Source: Escherichia phage vB_EcoM-S1P5QW
Sequence record: OL956808.1
Reading direction: 5' to 3' (one strand)
DNA: 64,000 nucleotides
The position numbers and the translations under genes were made by a program. Below the pieces are notes generated by a model that worked only from the letters and a program-made list of their open reading frames with translations, ran no database searches and was not told the origin of the DNA. The first letter of the stretch is position 1. Every line of letters begins with the position of its first letter. Of the stretch, positions 48,702 through 57,241 are shown one piece after another.

Positions 48702-48896
48702 ATGTTAGGTTATCAAGCACGAGTAAAAGAAGAATACGATCAATTAATGCTCAAAATTAATGCACTGAGCAAATTTTTAGAAAGCGCAAAGTTTCTAACA
48801 GTTAACGCAGTTGAGCAAGAACTGCTACTTTCGCAGTTCATCTCAATGAAATCTTATGCTGAGTGTCTAGAGAAAAGAATCGCACAATTCAAATAA
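48702..48896 (+). CDS. hypothetical protein
   Basis: 64-aa ORF flanked by two GGGCUUCGGCCC hairpins. Confidence 0.4.
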   Translation: MLGYQARVKEEYDQLMLKINALSKFLESAKFLTVNAVEQELLLSQFISMKSYAECLEKRIAQFK

Positions 48897-48901
48897 AATA
48901 A

Positions 48902-48917
48902 GGGCTTCGGCCCTTTT
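48902..48917 (+). terminator. UUCG-tetraloop hairpin terminator
   Basis: GGGCTTCGGCCC then TTTT. Confidence 0.55.
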
Positions 48918-48959
48918 GTTTTAAGAGAAATTATGATTCCGACATAAAGGAAAGTTTAA

Positions 48960-49517
48960 ATGCAGAAAACGAATCCGGGTTTACAGAGACTATTTCAGAT
49001 TCCGACATTTACCCTATCGAACAGTGACTTGACTAGTGAAATGAAGGTCAAAATTGCTGATACAGCAAGATACTCTTTAAAACAAAACCCGAACCAGGAT
49101 AAAGCAGAAGTTATCGAAAGATGCCGTATCGCTGTGTACGCAGAGTTTTTTGTGGCAGATTGGCTAAGCGGATATGTCAATAAAGGCCAAGAAAATGTCG
49201 ATGATCCGTACACGTATGCATGGGATGTTTTAGCGCATCCAAAATATTGCGGGCTTCGTGTAGAAGTCAAAACACATCAAACTGACTCGCGTTGGATTTC
49301 GGTAACAACGGGATGCAGCGGAGAGTATCCATATGGTTCTGGAATAAATTTAGGGCCCATTCTAAATCATCAAGTCGCTGACTGTATAATTATATTCAAC
49401 ACTAAAGAAATTCATCCAGGTGTCATCCAGTACACTCCGAAGTTCATCGGTGACAGAGAAGACCTTCGTAAGGTTGTAAGAAAAAGCAACTACAACGGAT
49501 GGTATCTTTCCATTTAA
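48960..49517 (+). CDS. denB: endonuclease IV DenB-like
   Basis: 185 aa, size and position after rIIB as in T4. Confidence 0.55.
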   Translation: MQKTNPGLQRLFQIPTFTLSNSDLTSEMKVKIADTARYSLKQNPNQDKAEVIERCRIAVYAEFFVADWLSGYVNKGQENVDDPYTYAWDVLAHPKYCGLRVEVKTHQTDSRWISVTTGCSGEYPYGSGINLGPILNHQVADCIIIFNTKEIHPGVIQYTPKFIGDREDLRKVVRKSNYNGWYLSI

Positions 49518-49533
49518 AAATTTTCACAAAACG

Positions 49534-49563
49534 GTTTACATACCACAAGGACCGTGGTACTAT
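49534..49563 (+). promoter_or_regulatory. T4-type early promoter
   Basis: GTTTAC-N18-TACTAT. Confidence 0.6.
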
Positions 49564-49597
49564 ACAACTATCAACTGATACTGATTTGGAGAGTAAA

Positions 49598-49861
49598 ATG
49601 AAATTTAAATTTTATTATGCTAAGCATAAAATAACTGATGAGTTTGTGTCAGTTGAATATTCTAGCGATGATGAAGGCATGATTTATACTCGCTTAGGAT
49701 TATCGCATTGGGAGTCTGATCAGCCTTATTTTTCAACTCCTGAAGAAATTACACGCTTAGTTAATGGTCATATGAATGACCACTGGAATGTAATTCTTTC
49801 AGATAGTCTTAAAGAGGCTATTAATAGTAATGAAATGAAAATCGCTGAGATTGAGCTATGA
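49598..49861 (+). CDS. hypothetical protein
   Basis: 87 aa from ATG with GGAGAG SD after an early promoter. Confidence 0.4.
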   Translation: MKFKFYYAKHKITDEFVSVEYSSDDEGMIYTRLGLSHWESDQPYFSTPEEITRLVNGHMNDHWNVILSDSLKEAINSNEMKIAEIEL

Positions 49862-50046
49862 GTTCATTATGGTGGTGTTTTGTTTGGTTAATTAGTATTC
49901 CAGTAATTTGTTTAACATTTACTTTTGTGATGAGGTTATTATGAAAATTTTGAATTCTGTACTTATTGCTTGTGCGTGGTGGGTTGCACAGGTTTCAGCG
50001 GTAGTAGTTGGTATTCACATTTATTACGAATATTTTTAAAAAAGTT

Positions 50047-50076
50047 GTTTACAAGACTGTTCTTCCGTGGTACTAT
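50047..50076 (+). promoter_or_regulatory. T4-type early promoter (near-identical copy of the 22329 cassette)
   Basis: GTTTAC-N18-TACTAT. Confidence 0.6.
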
Positions 50077-50104
50077 TACCCTATCAACTACGGAGGAACA
50101 GAAA

Positions 50105-50218
50105 ATGAAAAAGATTATTAAAGCTATATGGAATGTAGTTATAATACTAATAGTTTTGAGTATATTCCCAATCGTTTTAATGATTGATGTATTAAACGCT
50201 TATTTTGGATTTATGTGA
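50105..50218 (+). CDS. small membrane protein (37 aa)
   Basis: ATG with GGAGGAA SD after an early promoter; hydrophobic. Confidence 0.3.
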   Translation: MKKIIKAIWNVVIILIVLSIFPIVLMIDVLNAYFGFM

Positions 50219-50225
50219 GGAAAAT

Positions 50226-50423
50226 ATGAAGCGTAAACGTAGTGCTTTTACATTTATTGAATGGTTTTTCGATAATATTTTTCCGGCTTTATTCATTTTC
50301 ATGCTGATTTTTGCCTTAGGTTCAGTTGTAGTTGGAATCTATTTGATGGCGGTAGTCGGAATGGATATTCATCAAAATGGTTTAAAATCTGTGGTTGAAA
50401 CAATTTGGAATGGTGTAAAATGA
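50226..50423 (+). CDS. small membrane protein
   Basis: 65 aa from ATG with GAGGAAA SD; two hydrophobic segments. Confidence 0.35.
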   Translation: MKRKRSAFTFIEWFFDNIFPALFIFMLIFALGSVVVGIYLMAVVGMDIHQNGLKSVVETIWNGVK

Positions 50424-50538
50424 TGAATTTGCTGAGTGGTTGGTTTTATATTCTCATGTTTTACATTGGTGCAAATTTCCCATATTGGATGGGATGGTCA
50501 ACAACTGCATTTGGATTTTATACTCCTTGAGGTGAATT

Positions 50539-50754
50539 ATGAAAATCTTTAAAGATGTAAAAGTTGGTGAAATTTTTTGCTTAGATAATGGTGATCAGTT
50601 AATTCGTATTTCGCCTCTTAAAAGCACTAGCGAGAAAATGACAGTTAACGCTACTTTAGCAAATAACAGCAATGAACGTTTCTGTATTGAAAATGATACT
50701 GAAACTTATACTGTAGAAGAGTTCTGGGAATTAAGCGTCGACTGCGATGATTAA
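50539..50754 (+). CDS. hypothetical acidic protein
   Basis: 71-aa ORF, GAGG SD. Confidence 0.4.
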   Translation: MKIFKDVKVGEIFCLDNGDQLIRISPLKSTSEKMTVNATLANNSNERFCIENDTETYTVEEFWELSVDCDD

Positions 50755-50814
50755 TTTAATGGCCGTGTGTATTCATGCGGCCTTGGAGTAGAAAATAATT
50801 TAGAGGAAATTAAT

Positions 50815-51273
50815 ATGAAATATATGACTGTTACTGATCTGAACAATGCAGGCGCTACCGTTATTGGTACAATCAAGAACGGTGAATGGTTTTTGGGAGT
50901 TCCACATAAAGATATTTTATCTAAACCTGGATTTTACTTTTTAGTAAGTAAATTAGATGGTCGTCTATTTAGTAATCCATGTGTGTCTGCACGATTTTAT
51001 GTAGGTAATCAACGTTCTAAGCAAGGATTCAGTGCAGTTCTAAGTCATATTCGTCAGCGTCGGTCTCAGCTTGCACGTACTATTGCAAATAACAATGTTC
51101 CATACACGGTATTTTATCTACCTGCTTCTAAGATGAAACCTCTGACGACGGGGTTTGGAAAAGGTCAGTTAGCTTTGGCGTTTACCCGTAATCATCATTC
51201 TGAGTATCAAACACTTGAAGAAATGAATCGTATGTTGGCTGATAACTTTAAATTTGTTTTGCAGGCGTATTAA
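50815..51273 (+). CDS. ndd: nucleoid disruption protein Ndd
   Basis: 152 aa from ATG ([11 protein letters not shown]) with GAGGAAA SD, recognised as T4 Ndd. Confidence 0.75.
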
Positions 51274-51360
51274 TGAGTAATTTCCATAACGAACACGTGA
51301 TGCAGTTCTATCGTAACAATCTTAAAACTAAAGGCGTCTTCGGACGCCAGTGAGGAAAAT

Positions 51361-51519
51361 ATGAATATTGCAAAATTATTAGGAGTTATTTCATTTATTT
51401 GTTGGATAGTAGCATGTGTTTTAACTATCTGTATTGATGCCAGCAGCGTGTTTTCACAAGCTTTAGCTCAGGGTATGTGTGCATATTTAACATTTGTGTT
51501 GTTATCTACTAATGATTAA
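51361..51519 (+). CDS. small membrane protein (52 aa), possibly Ac-like
   Basis: not in track; GAGGAAAAT SD preceded by a hairpin; hydrophobic. Confidence 0.3.
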   Translation: MNIAKLLGVISFICWIVACVLTICIDASSVFSQALAQGMCAYLTFVLLSTND

Positions 51520-51656
51520 GAAAATCTTGGGCTACTCAGTAGCCCTTGCTACTTTATTGGTAGCACTATATTATGGAGTAATGTTCGGATTAATTCAAGT
51601 CGTGCTTTTCATTTCTGATGTTATTATGGCACTACATTCACTAGTATGGTAAATTT

Positions 51657-52985
51657 ATGCAACTGAATAATCGCGATTTAAAAAGTATCATTGATAATGA
51701 AGCATTGGCTTATGCTATGTACACGGTTGAAAATCGTGCTATTCCAAATATGATTGATGGATTTAAGCCAGTTCAACGATTTGTTATTGCTCGAGCTCTT
51801 GATTTGGCACGAGGAAATAAAGATAAGTTTCACAAACTCGCTTCTATTGCAGGTGGTGTAGCGGACCTTGGATATCACCATGGTGAAAACTCTGCACAAG
51901 ATGCAGGTGCTTTGATGGCTAATACTTGGAATAATAACTTTCCTCTGTTAGATGGTCAAGGAAACTTTGGTTCTCGTACTGTCCAAAAGGCAGCGGCAAG
52001 TCGTTATATTTTTGCTCGTGTAAGTAAAAATTTCTATAACGTATATAAAGATACTGAATATGCTCCGGTACATCAAGATAAAGAACACATTCCGCCTGCT
52101 TTCTATTTGCCTATTATTCCTACTGTTCTTCTTAATGGTGTTTCCGGTATTGCAACTGGTTATGCAACTTACATTCTTCCTCATAGTGTTTCTTCTGTTA
52201 AGAAAGCTGTACTGCAAGCTCTTCAAGGAAAGAAAGTAACTAAACCGAAGGTAGAATTCCCAGAATTTCGTGGTGAAGTCGTTGAAATTGACGGTCAATA
52301 TGAAATTCGTGGAACATATAAGTTTACTTCACGAACTCAAATGCATATCACTGAGATTCCGTATAAGTATGATCGTGAAACTTATGTGAGTAAAATCTTA
52401 GACCCGCTTGAAGATAAAGGCTTCATTACATGGGATGATGCTTGTGGTGAGCATGGTTTTGGCTTTAAAATTAAATTCCGCAAAGAATACTCTTTGAGCG
52501 ATAACGAAGAAGAACGCCATGCAAAAATCATGAAAGACTTCGGGTTGATTGAGCGTCGTTCCCAGAATATTACCGTTATTAATGAGAAAGGAAAACTACA
52601 AGTTTACGATAACGTAGTTGATTTAATTAAAGACTTCGTTGAAGTTCGTAAAACTTATGTCCAAAAGCGAATTGATAACAAAATCAAAGAAACTGAATCA
52701 GCATTTCGTTTAGCCTTTGCCAAGGCACATTTCATTAAGAAAGTGATTTCAGGTGAAATTGTTGTACAAGGTAAAACTCGCAAAGAACTGACTGAAGAAC
52801 TTTCTAAAATTGATATGTATTCTTCTTATGTTGATAAACTAGTTGGAATGAACATTTTTCATATGACTTCCGACGAAGCAAAGAAACTTGCTGAAGAAGC
52901 TAAAGCTAAAAAAGAAGAAAACGAATATTGGAAAACTACTGATGTAGTTACAGAATACACTAAAGATTTAGAGGAAATCAAATGA
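51657..52985 (+). CDS. 52: DNA topoisomerase II medium subunit (GyrA-like)
   Basis: 442 aa, recognised as T4 gp52. Confidence 0.9.
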   Translation: MQLNNRDLKSIIDNEALAYAMYTVENRAIPNMIDGFKPVQRFVIARALDLARGNKDKFHKLASIAGGVADLGYHHGENSAQDAGALMANTWNNNFPLLDGQGNFGSRTVQKAAASRYIFARVSKNFYNVYKDTEYAPVHQDKEHIPPAFYLPIIPTVLLNGVSGIATGYATYILPHSVSSVKKAVLQALQGKKVTKPKVEFPEFRGEVVEIDGQYEIRGTYKFTSRTQMHITEIPYKYDRETYVSKILDPLEDKGFITWDDACGEHGFGFKIKFRKEYSLSDNEEERHAKIMKDFGLIERRSQNITVINEKGKLQVYDNVVDLIKDFVEVRKTYVQKRIDNKIKETESAFRLAFAKAHFIKKVISGEIVVQGKTRKELTEELSKIDMYSSYVDKLVGMNIFHMTSDEAKKLAEEAKAKKEENEYWKTTDVVTEYTKDLEEIK

Positions 52986-53131
52986 GTCCATTCATAGGTA
53001 TTACAAGCGCGGCATTAGTATCTGGTAGCATTTTACTAGCGGGTTTAGGTGTTGTTCCAGCTGTAGCAGGAGGTCTTCTTGCGTTCGGCATTCAACGTGT
53101 TATCATGACAGTTATCACAGTCATGCAGTAA
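52982..53131 (+). CDS. small membrane protein (49 aa)
   Basis: not in track; ATGA overlap with gene 52 stop; followed by strong terminator. Confidence 0.3.
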   Translation: MSPFIGITSAALVSGSILLAGLGVVPAVAGGLLAFGIQRVIMTVITVMQ

Positions 53132-53136
53132 TTTTA

Positions 53137-53165
53137 GGGAGAGCCAAGGCTCTCCCTTTTTATTT
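53137..53165 (+). terminator. rho-independent terminator after gene 52 region
   Basis: GGGAGAGCC-AA-GGCTCTCCC then TTTTTATTTT. Confidence 0.7.
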
Positions 53166-53186
53166 TAAAATTTTTTTCACAAAACG

Positions 53187-53216
53187 GTTTACAACCAAAG
53201 CATACTGTGGTACTAT
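53187..53216 (+). promoter_or_regulatory. T4-type early promoter upstream of motA
   Basis: GTTTAC-N18-TACTAT. Confidence 0.6.
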
Positions 53217-53257
53217 ACAACTATCAACTGCTGATACAGAATTACGGAGATTAGAAA

Positions 53258-53893
53258 ATGTCTAAAGTAACTTACATCATCAAAGCTTCTAACGATGTTC
53301 TGAATGAAAAAACTGCTGTGATTTTAATTACCATTGCTAAGAAAGATTTCATTACAGCTGCAGAAGTTCGTGAGGTGCATCCAGATTTAGGTAATGCAGT
53401 AGTTAATAGTAATATTGGGGTATTGATTAAAAAAGGCCTGGTGGAGAAATCTGGTGATGGATTAATCATTACTGGTGAAGCTCAGGATATTATTTCAAAC
53501 GCGGCAACTTTATACGCACAGGAAAATGCTCCGGAACTACTGAAAAAACGAGCAACTCGTAAAGCTCGCGAGATTACTTCTGATATGGAAGAAGATAAAG
53601 ATTTCATGTTAAAACTTTTAGATGAAAATGGATTTGTTCTTAAAAAAGTTGAAACTTATCGTAGTAACTATCTCGCTATTTTAGAAAAACGCACTCACGG
53701 AATTCGTAATTTTGAAATTAACAACAATGGAAACATGCGAATTTTTGGATACAAAATGATGGAACATCATATTCAGAAATTTACTGACATCGGTATGTCA
53801 TGCAAAATCGCTAAAAATGGTAATGTGTATCTTGACATTAAACGCTCGGCAGAAAACATTGAAGCTGTAATCACTGTAGCATCTGAACTGTGA
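53258..53893 (+). CDS. motA: middle-transcription activator MotA
   Basis: 211 aa, recognised as T4 MotA. Confidence 0.85.
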   Translation: MSKVTYIIKASNDVLNEKTAVILITIAKKDFITAAEVREVHPDLGNAVVNSNIGVLIKKGLVEKSGDGLIITGEAQDIISNAATLYAQENAPELLKKRATRKAREITSDMEEDKDFMLKLLDENGFVLKKVETYRSNYLAILEKRTHGIRNFEINNNGNMRIFGYKMMEHHIQKFTDIGMSCKIAKNGNVYLDIKRSAENIEAVITVASEL

Positions 53894-53903
53894 GGAATAA
53901 ATA

Positions 53904-54233
53904 ATGAACAAGTTAGAAATTGTTAATGAACTTCGTCGTTGCGCAGAACCTACTCAAGAGGGGTGGGACATCTGGTATCATGGAGCTTATCTTGGAACTA
54001 TCGTAAAGATTAAGACTGGTAAATACATGATTATTCGTGAAAGTAAAGATGCTCCAGTAGGTATTCGCAATAATTTTATGGCAGCGATAAGTTCATTTAC
54101 GGATGCAGCTTACGAAATTTACCTTGCTGATTATAAAGAATTCCAGGAATCTCAACCAGTTATTCGCTCAATTGGTGTTAACAAAGCTCAACAGAAAACT
54201 TTGTGGCAACGTATTAAAGGATGGTTTAAATGA
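53904..54233 (+). CDS. hypothetical protein
   Basis: 109-aa ORF, GAGGAA SD. Confidence 0.45.
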   Translation: MNKLEIVNELRRCAEPTQEGWDIWYHGAYLGTIVKIKTGKYMIIRESKDAPVGIRNNFMAAISSFTDAAYEIYLADYKEFQESQPVIRSIGVNKAQQKTLWQRIKGWFK

Positions 54234-54691
54234 ATCCATTTATTAATCGTTTAAAAATGCTGAATGTTCCTTTATATCGTGAGACTCCAGAAAGTCTTGT
54301 TGAAAAATTTAAAGCACACGGTTATAAATGCACAGAAGAAGATATTCTTGCAGAAGTTCCGGAAATCTGTTGGCAGTCTGCATACTGGGATGAAAACCAA
54401 AAGTACCAACGACGAATTGTCTGTGCAGCCAACCGTTTTAAATTAAAAGATGGACGAATTCTTGTTATTCCGGGTGCTCGTCATTATTCTAAAGATATGG
54501 CAGCAGTTTTAGATGTAGTTAAACCTCAATTAGTTACTCAACAAGTTTGTGATGATGACCAAGGGTTTATTGACCAATATAGTAATTATTGGACACGTGA
54601 AGAAGCAATGATTATTGCAACTTACGCTGGACAAGTACGTATTGAACGCGGTGGTAGTGAAAAAGAACTTTACTCTGAGGACCTTTACTAA
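54230..54691 (+). CDS. hypothetical protein
   Basis: 153-aa ORF, ATGA overlap. Confidence 0.45.
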   Translation: MNPFINRLKMLNVPLYRETPESLVEKFKAHGYKCTEEDILAEVPEICWQSAYWDENQKYQRRIVCAANRFKLKDGRILVIPGARHYSKDMAAVLDVVKPQLVTQQVCDDDQGFIDQYSNYWTREEAMIIATYAGQVRIERGGSEKELYSEDLY

Positions 54692-54987
54692 TGAATATTA
54701 AAAAGTTTCAAATTGATGGAATTATGAATCAAATCCAGGCATTGGAATATGCCAATAAAATGATGTCAACCAAATGGGGAATTTATGCCAATGAACCGGC
54801 ATTTCAGTTCTGTAATATGGAATTCACTAAAAAGCTCGTAGGAAAAGATTATGTATGTCCATTTAGTTCCCCAATAAATGGAATGCTAAAGCCTGCTTTA
54901 CGCGATCTTTATATTGCGATGAACGAAGAGATGATAAAAGAACTAAAACGTCAACTGAAGGTGATTCAATTTGGCCAGGGAAATTAA
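54691..54987 (+). CDS. hypothetical protein
   Basis: 98-aa ORF, GAGGA SD. Confidence 0.4.
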   Translation: MNIKKFQIDGIMNQIQALEYANKMMSTKWGIYANEPAFQFCNMEFTKKLVGKDYVCPFSSPINGMLKPALRDLYIAMNEEMIKELKRQLKVIQFGQGN

Positions 54988-55189
54988 TTCAAAATCTGAT
55001 TATTTTAATTCTCTCAATGATAAAGATAAAAATCTAATACGGCATTTTATTGTTGAGATGGGATATACCGATACACGTGATTTAAGAGAACATATATTTG
55101 AATGTGGTGTAGCTAAAAAGTTTTCATTCACATGCAAATGTTTGAGAGAGGTAATTCAGCACTATGAACAATTTAGTCGCAAAACATAA
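54971..55189 (+). CDS. hypothetical protein (doubtful start)
   Basis: track ORF starts at TTG; first in-frame ATG is far inside. Confidence 0.25.
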   Translation: MAREINSKSDYFNSLNDKDKNLIRHFIVEMGYTDTRDLREHIFECGVAKKFSFTCKCLREVIQHYEQFSRKT

Positions 55190-55272
55190 TTTTAATAAAG
55201 CTTCTGTTCATAAGGATAAGAAGAAAGCGTTTAAAGAATCTAATCGCAAACAGAAACATAAGGGGAAGGTCT

Positions 55273-55551
55273 ATGATTATTGATTCTCAATCCGTGGTTC
55301 AATACACAATCAAAATTGATATTCTAGAAAAGCTATATAAGTTTCTACCAAATTTATACCATTCAATTGTCAATGAATTAGTTGAAGAACTACATCTCGA
55401 GAATAATGATTTCTTGGTTGGAACTTATAAAGACCTCTCAAAAGTAGGATATTTTTACGTAATTCCAGCTCCAGGAAAAAGTATTGATGATGTATTAAAA
55501 ACTATAATGATTTACGTCCATGATTACGAAATTGAAGATTATTTCGAATGA
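55273..55551 (+). CDS. hypothetical acidic protein (possibly Arn-like)
   Basis: 92 aa, net acidic, AAGGGGAAGG SD, located just upstream of asiA. Confidence 0.35.
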   Translation: MIIDSQSVVQYTIKIDILEKLYKFLPNLYHSIVNELVEELHLENNDFLVGTYKDLSKVGYFYVIPAPGKSIDDVLKTIMIYVHDYEIEDYFE

Positions 55552-55712
55552 GTCATAATCTTGAAAAGGTAATCGAGCACAATGTAGCTCAGGAACGTAA
55601 GTCGTTCAAGGAATTCGTAGAAAAAATTTTTGAAGAAAATAACACAGACCAGTTTACAAATCAAGCGTCTGATGATATTATAATAAAGTCAACTAATTGA
55701 GTGGTATAGTTA

Positions 55713-55985
55713 ATGAATAAAAACATTGATACAGTTCGTGAAATTATTACTGTTGCGTCTATTTTGATTAAATTTTCCAGAGAAGATATTGTTGAGAATC
55801 GTGCTAATTTTATTGCATTTCTGAATGAGATTGGAGTAACGCATGAAGGTAGAAAATTAAATCAGAATTCATTCCGTAAAATTGTTTCTGAATTAACTCA
55901 AGAAGATAAGAAAACCCTCATCGACGAATTCAACGAGGGTTTTGAGGGTGTATATCGATATCTAGAGATGTATACGAACAAATAA
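55713..55985 (+). CDS. asiA: anti-sigma70 factor AsiA
   Basis: 90 aa, recognised as T4 AsiA. Confidence 0.8.
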   Translation: MNKNIDTVREIITVASILIKFSREDIVENRANFIAFLNEIGVTHEGRKLNQNSFRKIVSELTQEDKKTLIDEFNEGFEGVYRYLEMYTNK

Positions 55986-56642
55986 TTATTTAGCCCTTCC
56001 TAATATTCTGGCCGCCTGAGCACATATTGATTCAAGGCGGTCATTACTTATATGATCATTTCTATACCAGTACATGGTTATCGTTCCAGCATAGATATTA
56101 TCCAAATTAAAATATGGACAACTGTACATGTAGTTTATTTCGGGAGTAGGCTTTTTAGTTGGTAAAAAAGCAAATTTTGAGTCAGAATAATAATGACGTC
56201 CATTTAAATGAACTGTATATTCATCCATAGTTTTATCAACAGGATATCCTCCAAGTGATTTTTCAGTTATTGTTGAAGGTAATCTTCCTTCGTATGCTAT
56301 AATATCAACAAAATAGTTTAAGTTTTTAGGGCGGAAAGAATACACCGCACTAAAGTCTGCCTCAGATGATATATGAACTATCTGGAGTTGTTCCAGGGCG
56401 ACAGATTCAAAGCGTGCATTTCTTTCCTTTTCAATAATTTCACTGTATGTTTCATACTTTGATTGCTTATAGTACTCAAAGAAACTATCTCCCCTATACC
56501 AAACAATCGCCATCATAAATAAAAGAATTACGACAGCTACCCGGGAAGCAAGAACTTTCCCGGTAGCGTTATCTTTGAACAAGCGATCTAGAACACCAAA
56601 TAGAATATCAGAGGGCGAAAATGATATTCTAGGTGCTGCCAT
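55986..56642 (-). CDS. t: holin T
   Basis: 218 aa, N-terminal TM segment, recognised as T4 holin; late promoter and AAGGAGG SD upstream. Confidence 0.9.
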   Translation of the reverse strand: MAAPRISFSPSDILFGVLDRLFKDNATGKVLASRVAVVILLFMMAIVWYRGDSFFEYYKQSKYETYSEIIEKERNARFESVALEQLQIVHISSEADFSAVYSFRPKNLNYFVDIIAYEGRLPSTITEKSLGGYPVDKTMDEYTVHLNGRHYYSDSKFAFLPTKKPTPEINYMYSCPYFNLDNIYAGTITMYWYRNDHISNDRLESICAQAARILGRAK

Positions 56643-56659
56643 AGACCCTCCTTTTAAGA

Positions 56660-56667
56660 TATTTATA
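56660..56667 (-). promoter_or_regulatory. late promoter TATAAATA upstream of holin t
   Basis: exact TATAAATA on - strand, followed by AAGGAGG SD and ATG. Confidence 0.6.
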
Positions 56668-57214
56668 CGTAATGCTTGAATAAACGCTTATACCAAGGCT
56701 TCTGTTCTTTTTCAGGCCATTTAGGAAATTCACCACCTAAATGCTCATGCTTTTCTAAAAGAGCAAAGAACCGCTTAAGGTTTTTATAATAGAATTTTTC
56801 CTTTTTATTCGCGACAGAAGCTTCAATCATATTATTTAAAACTTGGAATTCTTTGTATAATTCTTCAATTTTTCTATTGCGAATTAAAACGCGTTTATAT
56901 GTTTCGTCTTCTTTCCAACCATCATCAGTCCATATATCAAATTCGCCGGGTTCATCAAAAGTTATACCAACCGGGCTTCCTATGTCAGTTATTAAGATTT
57001 CTTCTTTATTAAAAGTCCAAGCCCGTTTACCGCGATGGTCTTCTTCATAAATCCAATCCTGAATACGTTCATCAAATACAACTGCGTATCCTTCTTTAGG
57101 TTCTAAAGGTTTTTTAATTGTTGAATGAGCAGGAAGACCGAGACCTTTAACAGGTTTGTAATTTTCTTCTTTGTAAAATTCTTTAGTGTCAAAATAATAA
57201 TGATAGATTTTCAT
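56663..57214 (-). CDS. 38: long tail fiber assembly protein gp38 (T4-type)
   Basis: 183 aa, recognised as T4 gp38. Confidence 0.85.
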   Translation of the reverse strand: MKIYHYYFDTKEFYKEENYKPVKGLGLPAHSTIKKPLEPKEGYAVVFDERIQDWIYEEDHRGKRAWTFNKEEILITDIGSPVGITFDEPGEFDIWTDDGWKEDETYKRVLIRNRKIEELYKEFQVLNNMIEASVANKKEKFYYKNLKRFFALLEKHEHLGGEFPKWPEKEQKPWYKRLFKHYV

Positions 57215-57241
57215 ATTTAGAAGGGGCCGAAGCCCCTCTCC
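57215..57241 (-). promoter_or_regulatory. gene 38 translation-initiation hairpin (SD, UUCG hairpin, AUG)
   Basis: - strand reads GGAGA-GGGGCUUCGGCCCC-UUCUAAAU-AUG; hairpin would shorten the effective SD-AUG spacing. Confidence 0.55.
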
